The notes: a model not told the origin generated them from the letters alone. Shown: positions 17,365 through 26,767, counted from the stretch's first letter. The stretch: 32,875 bases of DNA from Chlamydiota bacterium (GCA_037133055.1 JBAXOY010000021.1:1-32875), one strand, 5' to 3'. Made by a program: numbers and translations.

Positions 17365-19746
17365 TCATGCGCGCGACAACTTCTTCCTCATCACCAGAAC
17401 GTTCTCCCCGCCGTCCCGCCGGTACTCGACCGAGTCCATGACGCTCCGCGCGAGGAACACCCCCATCCCCCCCGCCTCGCGCTCCTCGAGGGGCTTCCGG
17501 AGATCGGGCGAGGGCACCTCCAGCGGGTTGAACGGCCTGCCGTCGTCCCGCACCTCGAGGACGAGCTCGCCGGCGCGGACGATCAACCGGACCGTGATCT
17601 CGTGCTCGCCCGCGTCCCGGTAGGCGTACCGGACGATATTGACGACGACCTCCTCGAGCGAGAGGCGGGCGTCGAAGAGCGCGTCCTCAGCCAGCCGGTG
17701 CTTCTTCCCGAACGCGGCGATTTCCCGCCCGAGGGCGGGGATTTCTGAGAGGCGGTTCCAGAGGGTGACCGTATGCTGCAGCGGTATCGCCACGCTCCCG
17801 GCGACGTGCTGGTACCTGCAGACGACTATGGTGATGTCGTCCGACTGGGGCGCCCCCGCCGCGTGGGCCCTGACCTTCCGCATGGTGTCCTCCGCGAGCT
17901 CGGCCGCGGAGTCCCCGGCGTGCGCCGAGACCTCCTCGGTCAGGCGCTCTTCCGAGTACATCTCTCCCTTTCCGTCGAACGCCTCCGTGACGCCGTCCGT
18001 GTAGAGGCAGAGAATGTCGCCGGGCCTGAGGACGGTGGTCTCCTTCGTGAAGACCGCGTTCTCCTCGATCCCCAGCACGGTCCCCTGCCCCCCCGCCAGA
18101 AACCCGGCAGGCGCACCCTGGCGCGCGATGAGCGGGGGGTTGTGCCCCGCGTTCGTGTAGGTGAACTCACCGGTCGATACGTCCACGATCCCGCAGAACA
18201 CCGTGACGAACATGCAGGATTCGTTGTGGCGGGAGAGCTCCCTGTTGACCCTCGACAGGATCTCATCCGGGCTCTTCGCCTCGTGCGCCGTCGCCTTGAT
18301 GAACGTGATGGTCCTCGCCATGAAGAGGGCGGCCGGGACCCCCTTGCCCGACACATCCCCGACGACGATGCAGAGATGCTCCTCGTCGAGGAAAAAGAAA
18401 TCGTACAGGTCGCCCCCCACCTCGCGCGCGGGCTCGAGGATCGCGCGTATGTCGAACTCGTCCCTCCCCGGGAACGGCGGGATTTCCTTCGGCACCATCT
18501 CCATCTGGATCCGGCGCGCGATCGCGAGCTCGCTCTCCATCCGCTCCCTCGCCGCGGTCGCCTCCGTGAGCTCCCGGATGTGCTTCTTCAGAGCGTCCCG
18601 CATGTAGACGAGCGCCGCCGCGAGACCGCCGACCTCCCCCCCGGGGGGCGCGGGGGGGAGCGTGAAGTCGAGCCCGCCGGTCGCGATGCCCCGGGTCGCG
18701 GCGGCGAGGGCCCTGAGCGGCCGCGTGATGGTCCCCGAGATGGCCGCGATCACCCCGAGCAGGATCGCGAACCCTGCGAGCCCCAGGACGAAGACCGTCC
18801 GGCTCAACCGGGTGACGTCGGCCATCAGCTCGTCCCGGGGGAAGCTCACCCCCAGCGACCAGCCGGTGGAGGGGATCGGCTCGAACCCTATCCAGACCGG
18901 CCGCCGGGTGACGATGCTACTGGACGGGAGAAACCCGCTCCCCCCCCCCATCATCTCCCGGGCGATCTTCTCGAGCTGCGCATCGTGCCGGGCTTCGGCG
19001 AGGTTCAGGAGCTTCTCCTTCATGATGAGGTATTTTTGAGGATGCGTGACGATGGTGGAATCCCCGGCGATCAGGAAGGCGTATCCCGTCTCCTCGATCT
19101 TTATCCCCGCCACGATCTCCTCCAGCCAGGAGAGGTGGACGTCCGCGGTCACCACCCCGGCGAACCGTCTTTTTCCGCCGACCGTCAGGAAGAACGGGAC
19201 GCTGTACGTGGCCATGATGATGTTGCCCCCGCCCTCGTCGTAGTAGGGCCCCGTCCACACATGCCGCCCGGTCTTTTTCGGGAGCGTGTACCAGTCCCAC
19301 TTGAAATAGTCGTACTTCTCGTCGAGCCAGGCGAACTCCAGCCGTCCGCCTCTCTTGTAATAGTAGGGCCCGAAGCAGCGCGACCCGCGGTCGAAGAGGT
19401 GCGGCTCAAAGGAGATGGTCGAGCCGTAGATCGCGGGGGTGCCCTCGACCACGCTGCGAAGCAGGCCCAGGATCTCCTCACGGGTATAGGAGGCGTGCTC
19501 CAGGGATACCGCGAGGGTGTCAGGCACCTTCTCGACGGACTGGAGCACCGTCTCGATCCTGTTGGCGGTGCGGAGCACGAGGTTCCTGGCGTTCTCCTCG
19601 ATCTTCTGCGTGATGAGGCGGCGGGAGACGACGTAGTTGTAGCCGAAGATGACGGCAAAGATGACCGTGCAGCTCGAGAGGATGCACAGGCCGAGCGTGA
19701 ACGCGATGCCCCTGGATCTGATCATGGGGCTCACATGGAGGTGCAT
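17365..19746 (-). CDS. Cache-HAMP-SpoIIE (PP2C) phosphatase fused to an anti-sigma-type HATPase_c domain
   Basis: WDWY/WTGPYYDEGGG Cache motif; EVGGDLYD, GDVSGKG, NAGHNPP, YTDGVTEA, QSDDIT; then EEVVVNIVRYAY, DDGRPFNP, GGMGVFL. Start may be 19725. Confidence 0.92.
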   Translation of the reverse strand: MHLHVSPMIRSRGIAFTLGLCILSSCTVIFAVIFGYNYVVSRRLITQKIEENARNLVLRTANRIETVLQSVEKVPDTLAVSLEHASYTREEILGLLRSVVEGTPAIYGSTISFEPHLFDRGSRCFGPYYYKRGGRLEFAWLDEKYDYFKWDWYTLPKKTGRHVWTGPYYDEGGGNIIMATYSVPFFLTVGGKRRFAGVVTADVHLSWLEEIVAGIKIEETGYAFLIAGDSTIVTHPQKYLIMKEKLLNLAEARHDAQLEKIAREMMGGGSGFLPSSSIVTRRPVWIGFEPIPSTGWSLGVSFPRDELMADVTRLSRTVFVLGLAGFAILLGVIAAISGTITRPLRALAAATRGIATGGLDFTLPPAPPGGEVGGLAAALVYMRDALKKHIRELTEATAARERMESELAIARRIQMEMVPKEIPPFPGRDEFDIRAILEPAREVGGDLYDFFFLDEEHLCIVVGDVSGKGVPAALFMARTITFIKATAHEAKSPDEILSRVNRELSRHNESCMFVTVFCGIVDVSTGEFTYTNAGHNPPLIARQGAPAGFLAGGQGTVLGIEENAVFTKETTVLRPGDILCLYTDGVTEAFDGKGEMYSEERLTEEVSAHAGDSAAELAEDTMRKVRAHAAGAPQSDDITIVVCRYQHVAGSVAIPLQHTVTLWNRLSEIPALGREIAAFGKKHRLAEDALFDARLSLEEVVVNIVRYAYRDAGEHEITVRLIVRAGELVLEVRDDGRPFNPLEVPSPDLRKPLEEREAGGMGVFLARSVMDSVEYRRDGGENVLVMRKKLSRA

Positions 19747-20280
19747 TTACCCTCTCGGCCGCGCGTACCAATGAGTGAACCTCATCGCCGCAATGAAGGT
19801 GCACATCGAGACGACCCAGTTCGCGATGAGCGGGAGCTCCAGTCCGAGCCGTTTTGAGACCGGAACGCCAAGGTTGACCAGGAACGCCCCGAACCAGACC
19901 CAGCTTATGACGAGATTCTTCCGGAAAAATACAGGGTCATTCCAGCGCTCCCGGGGTGCGGTTTCCCGCGCATACTGAAGTGTGAACGGCTTCCCGACGA
20001 GTATCGAGATGAGAACGATCAGCGCAAGTGCGGCCCCTCCCGCGAGGTCAACCCAGCGCCCCACCGGCCGCGCCCCGAGCGATGGAATGGCGAGGGCGAG
20101 CAGCAGGAAGTAGACGAGCGACCCGGCGGGAAGGATCTTCAAGGACCTTCCCCGTGCAACCTCGACGATAACCATGATCAGGGTCGCCGCGAGCCCGGCA
20201 ATCGCCGCCGACTCGAGCCGGTGGAAACTCAGGAGGCCCCAGTACAGCAACCACGGCGCAAAGCTCAGCAGTATCCCCAT
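19747..20280 (-). CDS. Integral membrane protein of unknown function
   Basis: ATG 20280 with GGGGAG; about 6 hydrophobic segments; GKPFTLQYARE motif; stop abuts the next gene. Confidence 0.8.
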   Translation of the reverse strand: MGILLSFAPWLLYWGLLSFHRLESAAIAGLAATLIMVIVEVARGRSLKILPAGSLVYFLLLALAIPSLGARPVGRWVDLAGGAALALIVLISILVGKPFTLQYARETAPRERWNDPVFFRKNLVISWVWFGAFLVNLGVPVSKRLGLELPLIANWVVSMCTFIAAMRFTHWYARPRG

Positions 20281-20345
20281 CGCCGTACTCCCCTTGTCGT
20301 TGCGCGGGTGCGATGTGAAGCGCGGCAACGGTTGGTCCCCCCTCT

Positions 20346-20792
20346 CTATGGTTCGCCAAGAGCTTCGAGATCAGCCAGGTCTTTTCTTCTGCCGATCGCG
20401 CGCTTGTTGGCGATACACTGCTCACGGCCCAGGAAATGCACCGGCACGCCGCCGCAGGTTCCCGCAACCTCTCCGGCCTTCGCTTCTTCCCACGTCACGC
20501 CGGTGAGGGCGGTAATGAGGTCTATCCGTACCGGGGGTACACCGAGCTGCACGACCTTGCCTGGGCTTTGAAAATCGCCGGGAGTCAGATCATGCGAGCC
20601 GAAACCGAAGTCGGCAAGGGCCGAGAGAATCTTAAGGGAGTTTTCGGGGATGGGGCGAATATAGATATCGATATCGCCGGTGAATCGCGGAGCACCATGG
20701 AAGGCGAGCGCGTATGCTCCGACGATGATGTACTCAACCCTATGGGCGTTCAACAACTCTAAGAACTCTCTGAAGTCTGAGTGCAGTTCCAT
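20346..20792 (-). CDS. Minimal nucleotidyltransferase-fold protein (DUF6036-like)
   Basis: MELHSDFREFLELLN..YIIVGAYALAFHGAPRFTGDIDI...NKRAIGRRKDLADLE; DxD motif. Confidence 0.85.
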   Translation of the reverse strand: MELHSDFREFLELLNAHRVEYIIVGAYALAFHGAPRFTGDIDIYIRPIPENSLKILSALADFGFGSHDLTPGDFQSPGKVVQLGVPPVRIDLITALTGVTWEEAKAGEVAGTCGGVPVHFLGREQCIANKRAIGRRKDLADLEALGEP

Positions 20793-20919
20793 GATGCTGC
20801 CCCCTGAGGGAATCGACCGCTGCCACGCGCTCCTCGGGAGGGCGACTGAGCCAGTAGCGCAAATCATCACGCGTGGAGGAGTCGTGCAACTCCCGCTTTG
20901 AGACCGATTTCTTAATCAT
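20740..20919 (-). CDS. 59-aa small partner protein upstream of the nucleotidyltransferase
   Basis: Manual translation MIKKSVSKRELHDSSTRDDLRYWLSRPPEERVAAVDSLRGQHHGTALRLQRVLRVVERP*; overlaps the NTase start by 53 bp; absent from the ORF track. Confidence 0.75.
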   Translation of the reverse strand: MIKKSVSKRELHDSSTRDDLRYWLSRPPEERVAAVDSLRGQHHGTALRLQRVLRVVERP

Positions 20920-20964
20920 GGCTCATTTTACCACAGTAGGAGAGGTCCAGGGAGAGGGGGGGCG

Positions 20965-21699
20965 CTATTTCCCGACTTTTCGCCCCCCGAACAGCGCCAG
21001 CTCGAGCACCCTGAAATAGCAGTCCGTGTCCGCGAAGCCGATTTCCCTGAGCCACCGGCACTGCTCGTCAAGCGGGGCGAGGACATTCTCCCTCTTGTCG
21101 GGGCGGGCGCGGTACTCCTCCTCTATTTCCTTTCGCGATCTCGCCGACCCGGAGGACCGGCCGAACCGGAAGAGATGATCCACAAAATAGTCGGTGAACA
21201 CCTCCTCGATCTCCGCCGTCGGAGATTTCACATGGTCAAGGTTCAGAAAAAGGCCGCCGGTCGCCAGCATGTCGTATATCTCGCGGTACAGGGCCCTCTT
21301 CCGCTCGTGCGGCTGGTGGTGGATGGCAAACCCCGAAACGACGACATCGAACGGGCGCCCCTCCCCCACCGCCTTGACCCATTTCTTCGAGCCGAAGTCC
21401 GCCTTGACGACGCGCGCCCGCGCCACTCCTTTGAGCTTCTCCCGCGCGGCCTTGAGCATCGGGTCCGAAAAATCCGCGAACCAGACGCGCGCCTCCGGGA
21501 ACCGTTCGAGCACCGTCCTGCCGAGTATCCCGTCTCCGCACCCGAGGTCCAGCACCCGACCGGGAGCGGGCCGCCATGCATCGATGAGCGTGCCGATGAT
21601 CTCGATCTGAAGGGCGGCGGCGGGGATCGCCCCCCTCCTCCCCTTCAGGAACGCCTCCACCGCCTCCGCGGTCTTCCAATGGCTTCCGCGCGGGCTCAT
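20965..21699 (-). CDS. Class I SAM-dependent methyltransferase
   Basis: VLDLGCGDG, DFSDPML, FDVVVSGFAIHH. Confidence 0.92.
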   Translation of the reverse strand: MSPRGSHWKTAEAVEAFLKGRRGAIPAAALQIEIIGTLIDAWRPAPGRVLDLGCGDGILGRTVLERFPEARVWFADFSDPMLKAAREKLKGVARARVVKADFGSKKWVKAVGEGRPFDVVVSGFAIHHQPHERKRALYREIYDMLATGGLFLNLDHVKSPTAEIEEVFTDYFVDHLFRFGRSSGSARSRKEIEEEYRARPDKRENVLAPLDEQCRWLREIGFADTDCYFRVLELALFGGRKVGK

Positions 21700-22031
21700 C
21701 TCATCTCTCCGTGGGGTATCCCCGTGGCGAGAACAGATTTCCGCCGCGCACAGGGCATACGGCTCCTCGACGAGCCTATCAGCATCAGTTTCTCCTGCCT
21801 GCCAAGCCGTTTGATCCGCGCCTCGCGCCTCTGGGCCGCGGGCCTACCGCGTGACCTTTCGCAATAGACAAGCCTCACGGGCCGGCGGGAGCGCGTGTAG
21901 CGGGAGGCCATGCCGGAGTCGTGCGCCCGGATCCGGCGGTGGAGGTCGTTCGTGACGCCGGTGTAGAGCGTCCCGTCGCGGCACCGGAGGATGTAGACAT
22001 GCCATGGGGCCGATTTCGCCCCCTTTTTCAT
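21696..22031 (-). CDS. GIY-YIG nuclease-family protein (YhbQ/YazA-like)
   Basis: WHVYILRCRDGTLYTGVTNDLHRRIRAH, SRYTRSRRPV, REARIK; ATGA overlap with the methyltransferase. Start uncertain. Confidence 0.88.
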   Translation of the reverse strand: MKKGAKSAPWHVYILRCRDGTLYTGVTNDLHRRIRAHDSGMASRYTRSRRPVRLVYCERSRGRPAAQRREARIKRLGRQEKLMLIGSSRSRMPCARRKSVLATGIPHGEMR

Positions 22032-22086
22032 GCGCCTTCCATTGGTTGATGTGACCCGCGCGCCGGCGCGGGCGACCGTGCTCCGA

Positions 22087-23595
22087 TCATCGCGGGTACC
22101 CGCACTCATCCGCCCGCGACACCGGGATGGCCGAGCTGACGCCGCGCAGCCATCCCAGGTGGGCGCAAAACTGCGGGCTCCTGAACGCCGATCTGATGAG
22201 TTTCTTCACGTAGAAATAGAGGAGTATCTTCCTCAACGGATAGATCATTCTGAGGGTGCAGGCCCCCTTGACGGCGGTGCGTACGGATTCCCTGAAGGAA
22301 TAGAACTCCCGGTACATGTCGAGGATCAGATGCTGCAGCCGGAGCGGCGTAAAATGATTCGGTTTCAGCACCACGTGCTGCCCGTCGTACAGGGAGAAAT
22401 CCTCCGTCAGCACCCTCCCCGACCGTTTCATCGTTTCGGCGAACTTCGTGCCCGCCAGGGGGGTGGGCGTCATGTACTGGACGCTGTCGAGATTGCGCCT
22501 GGCCCACCGGTCCGTTTCCGCGAGGTTGCGCTCCGTGTCTCCGTCCCCGCCGATCATCATCATGCCGTGGACCCACATCCCGGCCTCCCGGAACAATCTC
22601 GGGGCCATCATGTTCCTCTTCACGTCCACTTTCTTGTTCAGGGCTTTGAGGGTCTCCTCGCTCAGCGACTCGATGCCCACGCAGACTATGGAAAAACCCG
22701 CCTCCCGCATGAGGCCCATCAATTCCTTGTCGAAGGCGGCGGAAATGCACAACTGGCAGAGATACAGGATGCGGTTGAGCCGCCTGTCGATTATCATGCG
22801 CAGAAGTTGTTTCGTCTCTTCCGGCTTGCCGGCGAAATTGTCGTCGTTGAAAAAAATATACTTCACCGTCTCGCCCTTCATGCGCTCGAGGTCGGCGATA
22901 ATGGACTCGTTGGACCTCCTCCGGTATACGCTCCCGTATAACGACGAGACGGAACAGAAGTCGCACTTGAAGGGGCATCCCCGCGAGGTGGAGAGGGGCC
23001 ACACCCACACCCCCTTCTTCGTGCCGTCGTCATAGCAGGGGGCCGGCAGATTCGAGAGCTCGGTCTCGGTCAGCGGCTCGACAGGCGGTTCGTGCACGAT
23101 GCCGGAGCCGTTTTTATAACTGATGCCCCCCGCTCCGTCGGGCGCGCCGTTGCCGAGCAGCGCCTCCATCAGGCGCGGGAGCGTGTTGTCTCCCTCCTGC
23201 CTCACCACGACATCGGCCCATTCCAGGCACTCTTCCGGGCGATAGGTGGCGTGGGACCCCCCGATGATGATCGTTCCCTTCGGATTAAGTTTCTTGTAAA
23301 GGAGTCCCAGTTCCCTCGACTGAGGGATGGTGCGGCTGATGGCGGAGAGGAGAAGGAAATCGGAGCCGGCAATCCGCTCGATATCGGCGGCGGTCAAACG
23401 CCCGGGGGGAGCATTAAAGGAGGGGTTGATGCTGACCAGGTTCGTGAACCCTTCCCTCAGCAGTATCGCATGCAGGAGCGGGATGGCCCGCGCGGGAAGC
23501 TTGAAGTAGCAGAACACATCATCTACCGGCTCGCCATCCAGCCGCCCGAACGATGTCGGCGGCAATTCAACAAGCGTTATCGCCCGATTTTTCAC
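22087..23595 (-). CDS. B12-binding-domain radical SAM protein
   Basis: IGGSHAT, VVRQEGD, SRGCPFKCDFC (CX3CX2C), FNDDNF, GIES, TPLAGT. Confidence 0.93.
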   Translation of the reverse strand: MKNRAITLVELPPTSFGRLDGEPVDDVFCYFKLPARAIPLLHAILLREGFTNLVSINPSFNAPPGRLTAADIERIAGSDFLLLSAISRTIPQSRELGLLYKKLNPKGTIIIGGSHATYRPEECLEWADVVVRQEGDNTLPRLMEALLGNGAPDGAGGISYKNGSGIVHEPPVEPLTETELSNLPAPCYDDGTKKGVWVWPLSTSRGCPFKCDFCSVSSLYGSVYRRRSNESIIADLERMKGETVKYIFFNDDNFAGKPEETKQLLRMIIDRRLNRILYLCQLCISAAFDKELMGLMREAGFSIVCVGIESLSEETLKALNKKVDVKRNMMAPRLFREAGMWVHGMMMIGGDGDTERNLAETDRWARRNLDSVQYMTPTPLAGTKFAETMKRSGRVLTEDFSLYDGQHVVLKPNHFTPLRLQHLILDMYREFYSFRESVRTAVKGACTLRMIYPLRKILLYFYVKKLIRSAFRSPQFCAHLGWLRGVSSAIPVSRADECGYPR

Positions 23596-23671
23596 TTCTT
23601 TGGCCTTCCAAGTCCGGCAGTGATTCTAATATATAATGCGGGCGCTGTCGAGCGATGAATGGCCCGGCCCG

Positions 23672-23860
23672 GGTTCATGGTTCGGCGTTCAGTGTTCAGG
23701 AAACAGTTTGAATCCGCGTTCTCTGCGTCATCTGCGTCCTGAATACCTTTTCATCTTTGTTCCGCGTTCTTATCCGCGCAGATCCGCGCCAATCCGCGTC
23801 CATTTTTTTTGCCGTGTAGGTTTATCCTGTCTATCCTGACGATCTGCGTTCATCTGCGGG
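23672..23860. repeat. Cluster of short, roughly 10-bp-phased direct repeats
   Basis: Nine (A)TCYGCG copies near 23712, 23722, 23730, 23761, 23772, 23782, 23792, 23842 and 23852; also GGTTCATGGTTC, GTTCAGTGTTCAG and TATCCTGTCTATCCTG. Confidence 0.8.
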
Positions 23861-24014
23861 CTACATTAAAGCTCGCCGCACCGCGCAGAAATACTCCCCC
23901 GCGATGGAATTCGGTGCTAGTATAGTGCCGTGGAGTTCGGGGCGCGGGTTCCCCCGCCCCGCGCGCGACGATCCCGCGGCGACGGAATGCCGCGCCGTCC
24001 AATGGGAGGAAGAA

Positions 24015-24788
24015 ATGAAATCCTGCCGCTCGGGAAAGTTTCTCCGGCTTTTCACCGCCGTGTTTTTCGTGCTCTGCGGCTTCTCGGGCGCCGGCGCGTT
24101 CGCGGCGGGGCTCGAACTCGCCGTCAGCCGGACCGCGTTTGTTGCCGGCGACCCGATCAGTGTGACCGCCCATGCCGCGGCGCTTGCCGAGAGCTTCGAC
24201 GCCTGGGCGGTCATCCTCACGCCCGGCGGGCAGCTCTACTCGATGTCGCTCGCCGGGACGCTCGCCCCGGGGGCCGTTCCGATAGCCCGCTCGACGCCGG
24301 GACTCCCGACCGACATGGACGCGACGCTCCTTTCCATGCGAATCCCTGCGGGGATCGCCCCCGGCGAATACACCGCCGTCCTGGTGTTCCTGCCCGCCGG
24401 GACCATACCGACGGGCATCGGGGACGCGGAAGCCAAAGCCATCCCCGGGTGCTTCGCGCGCACGCTGTTCTACGTCATTTCGGGGCGTGTTTCGATTGAT
24501 ATCGACGGGACATGGGCTGTCACGCTCGATAGGCTCGGCACGGGCACGATGACGCTCACCCGCTACGACTATATCGTCGAGGGGGCGTTCACGGGCGACT
24601 TCGATGGGGACGCATCGATCATCGGATTCATAGACCTCGATACCTTTACCCTGTTCCTCAACTTTGCCGACAAGCCCGGCGCGGTGGACATGACCCTGAA
24701 GGGCGGCGAGAGCGGCGCGACGATCTCCGGGACCTATTCATCCGATGTCTTCGACCCCCCGTCGGGGACATGGTCTGCCGTGCATTGA
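24015..24788 (+). CDS. Secreted two-domain beta-rich protein of unknown function
   Basis: ATG 24015 with GGAGG; signal peptide ending AFA; PGEYT-containing domain followed by a GTW...GTW domain. Confidence 0.75.
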   Translation: MKSCRSGKFLRLFTAVFFVLCGFSGAGAFAAGLELAVSRTAFVAGDPISVTAHAAALAESFDAWAVILTPGGQLYSMSLAGTLAPGAVPIARSTPGLPTDMDATLLSMRIPAGIAPGEYTAVLVFLPAGTIPTGIGDAEAKAIPGCFARTLFYVISGRVSIDIDGTWAVTLDRLGTGTMTLTRYDYIVEGAFTGDFDGDASIIGFIDLDTFTLFLNFADKPGAVDMTLKGGESGATISGTYSSDVFDPPSGTWSAVH

Positions 24789-24888
24789 GCGTCACCCGCA
24801 GCTCCAGTCGCCGCCCGCCGCCGGGCGACGCATCGAGCGGGGGTTTGTTTGAGTGACGCCAATTCGGCCTCCTTCCACGCGCCGCACC

Positions 24889-24977
24889 TCGCGAAAAGGC
24901 CCCCCATTGATTGGGAGGCCCCTCGCGAAAATCCTGTCCGCCTCATCCGGGGCTAAAGCCGGATTCGGCGGGCAAGG
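24889..24977. repeat. Two adjacent hairpins between convergent genes (REP-like or terminator)
   Basis: TCGCGA..GGCC.CCC...GGGAGGCC..TCGCGA, then CCTGTCCGCC-ATCCGG...CCGGAT-GGCGGGCAAGG (24933-24977). Confidence 0.55.
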
Positions 24978-25370
24978 TCACATCTTGTGCCCCTCGTGCT
25001 CCTTACCCCAGCCCTTCCCGCCTTTCTCACCCATCTTCTTGCACATGGGGCAGGAGGCGCGCATCTCATCCATCACCTTCTTCATGGCCGCCGGGTCGCA
25101 CTTGATCTCCACTTCCTTCTGCATGGTCAGGTCTTTGTCGTACTTGACGAGCGTTTTCCCGTGTAGCAGCACGACCCCGCCGTCAGCGGTCGCGACCAGT
25201 TTCCGCTCCATCATCATCGCCTTGATCATCTCGTGGTGCATCGGGCAACACGATTCCATCCCCTCATTCGCCATCATGGGGCACTTGCCCTTTTCCGGAT
25301 GCTTCATCGCCATCGCGATGCCGGCGCATCCCACTGCAATCGCCATGGTTATGATAAGAATTTTCTTCAT
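24978..25370 (-). CDS. Small secreted Met/Cys/His-rich protein, possibly metal-binding
   Basis: Signal peptide MKKILII..; CPMM, CCPMHH and CPMC motifs; AGGGGAGGAG RBS. Confidence 0.8.
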   Translation of the reverse strand: MKKILIITMAIAVGCAGIAMAMKHPEKGKCPMMANEGMESCCPMHHEMIKAMMMERKLVATADGGVVLLHGKTLVKYDKDLTMQKEVEIKCDPAAMKKVMDEMRASCPMCKKMGEKGGKGWGKEHEGHKM

Positions 25371-25459
25371 GCCCTCTCCTCCCCTCTTTCGGTTGACTGT
25401 ATCCCTTCGTTCTCAATCCGACCGCGAGACCGATCTATTCTGCTTGCACCGTCCTGCCG

Positions 25460-26113
25460 CTATTTCGCGCCGGCAGTCGTCGGAGCGGCCGCGGGTGTGG
25501 TCAGCGCCTGCGGTGTGGCACAAGGTGCCTCCGTGTCTTCCCCGTCATCGCCGCGCCCACGCCGTTGGCCCTTCCCTTTCCCCTTCCCCCCGCGCCTTTC
25601 GCCCTTGCCCGCTTCGCGCATGGCGCTCAGCTTCTTGAACTGCTCGGGGGTGAGCGACTCCTTCATCTGGAGGATCCCTTTCACATCCTGGTCTATGCGC
25701 TGCGCCTCGAGTTTCTTCAGCTCGGCGGTGATGCTCTCGATCTTCGCCTTATCCGACTTTTCCTTGTCTATCTCCGCGCGAAGCTCCTCGTGCTTCGCCT
25801 TGAGAGCATCGCGGATGCTCTTCATGGCGATCCCCTGTTCCTTGCGCTGGGCTTTCATCTTCTGCTGTTGCTCGGGGGTGAGGTCAAGCTCCTTCAGATG
25901 CTTCCCTAATCCCTTCCCCTTGCGCCCTCCGCCCTCATCGCCCGGCGGGGGCGGAGGGGACGACATCGTCGCCCCATCACCGTCGCGCGGCGGCGGCATC
26001 ATCGCCTCGTCGCTGCCCGGGGTTGAGGCCGGTTGCGCGCACGCTCCCGTGAGCGTGAGGAGCAGCAGTGCCATCCCCAGAACCGTTACCGCGCCGATGC
26101 ATCTCGCTCTCAT
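25460..26113 (-). CDS. Spy/CpxP-family periplasmic protein
   Basis: Two LTPEQ motifs (LDLTPEQQQKM, SLTPEQFKKL); signal peptide; AGGAGG before ATG 26113. Confidence 0.88.
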   Translation of the reverse strand: MRARCIGAVTVLGMALLLLTLTGACAQPASTPGSDEAMMPPPRDGDGATMSSPPPPPGDEGGGRKGKGLGKHLKELDLTPEQQQKMKAQRKEQGIAMKSIRDALKAKHEELRAEIDKEKSDKAKIESITAELKKLEAQRIDQDVKGILQMKESLTPEQFKKLSAMREAGKGERRGGKGKGKGQRRGRGDDGEDTEAPCATPQALTTPAAAPTTAGAK

Positions 26114-26202
26114 CTTCACTCCCTCCTGTTGCGCCGAAGCACCGCGCTGCGGCATGGTTCTATGCGCACGGGCAATGCGTCCGCATCGCCCCTTTACACT
26201 AC

Positions 26203-26231
26203 TTTGACGCGGCGGAGCCGCGGGAAGTTCC
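26203..26231 (-). promoter_or_regulatory. ECF sigma promoter upstream of the Spy/CpxP gene
   Basis: GGAACTT-N14-GCGTCAAA, matching the motif at 27338-27366. Confidence 0.8.
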
Positions 26232-26233
26232 CC

Positions 26234-26767
26234 CTACATGAGGTATTCTTCCACCAGGGTGCCGTAGTTTGCGGAGGACGAGCCGTCGGCGGTCTCACCG
26301 CTCGAGGATTCGCCCGGGCCGTTGTTGCCGTGGGACGCGAGGCTCGATAACTGCTCTTGAAGATATGCCTGCAGCTCCTCGGTATCGGCGGACGGCGCGC
26401 GCGTCCCGCCCGGCACGGTGAAAGGCGCCCGGGCGAGGAATACGGCGATGAGGGCGGCCGCCGCGGCAGACGCCGCGGCATAGGCCGGGAACCGGAGGGA
26501 CCGCCAGGCGCGGGTGAGAGCCGCGCATACGCCTCTCTCCTGTTCGCGCGCAATCCCCCGCTGCACCTTCAGCCAGAGCGACGCCGGCGCCGTGTCCCTC
26601 GGGGCGCCCCTGAACGGATCCACCGCGGCGCGGCGCACGGTTCCCTCGAACTGTCTGCACCCGAGGCACGCCTCAAGATGCCTCGCGACCTCTCCACGCG
26701 CGTCCCCCTCGATCTCTCCGTCGAGGTAATCCGACGCGATGAGCTCCCGTATCTCAGTGCATTTCAT
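26234..26767 (-). CDS. Zinc-binding (zf-HC2/ZAS) transmembrane anti-sigma factor
   Basis: MKCTEIRELIASDYLDGE...HLEACLGC (HX3CX2C), one TM helix; ATGA overlap with the sigma gene. Confidence 0.9.
   Translation of the reverse strand: MKCTEIRELIASDYLDGEIEGDARGEVARHLEACLGCRQFEGTVRRAAVDPFRGAPRDTAPASLWLKVQRGIAREQERGVCAALTRAWRSLRFPAYAAASAAAAALIAVFLARAPFTVPGGTRAPSADTEELQAYLQEQLSSLASHGNNGPGESSSGETADGSSSANYGTLVEEYLM

Noticed and set aside
17773..19857. 694-aa plus-strand ORF and similar long antisense ORFs
   Set aside because: Antisense shadows of well-supported genes, as expected in high-GC DNA.
21696..22031. GIY-YIG gene as the intron's trans-acting homing endonuclease
   Set aside because: It looks like the widespread stand-alone YhbQ/YazA type, lies about 8 kb away and is coupled to a methyltransferase; no link is evident.
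23672..23860. CRISPR array
   Set aside because: Units are 6-10 bp with no spacers, and no cas genes are present.
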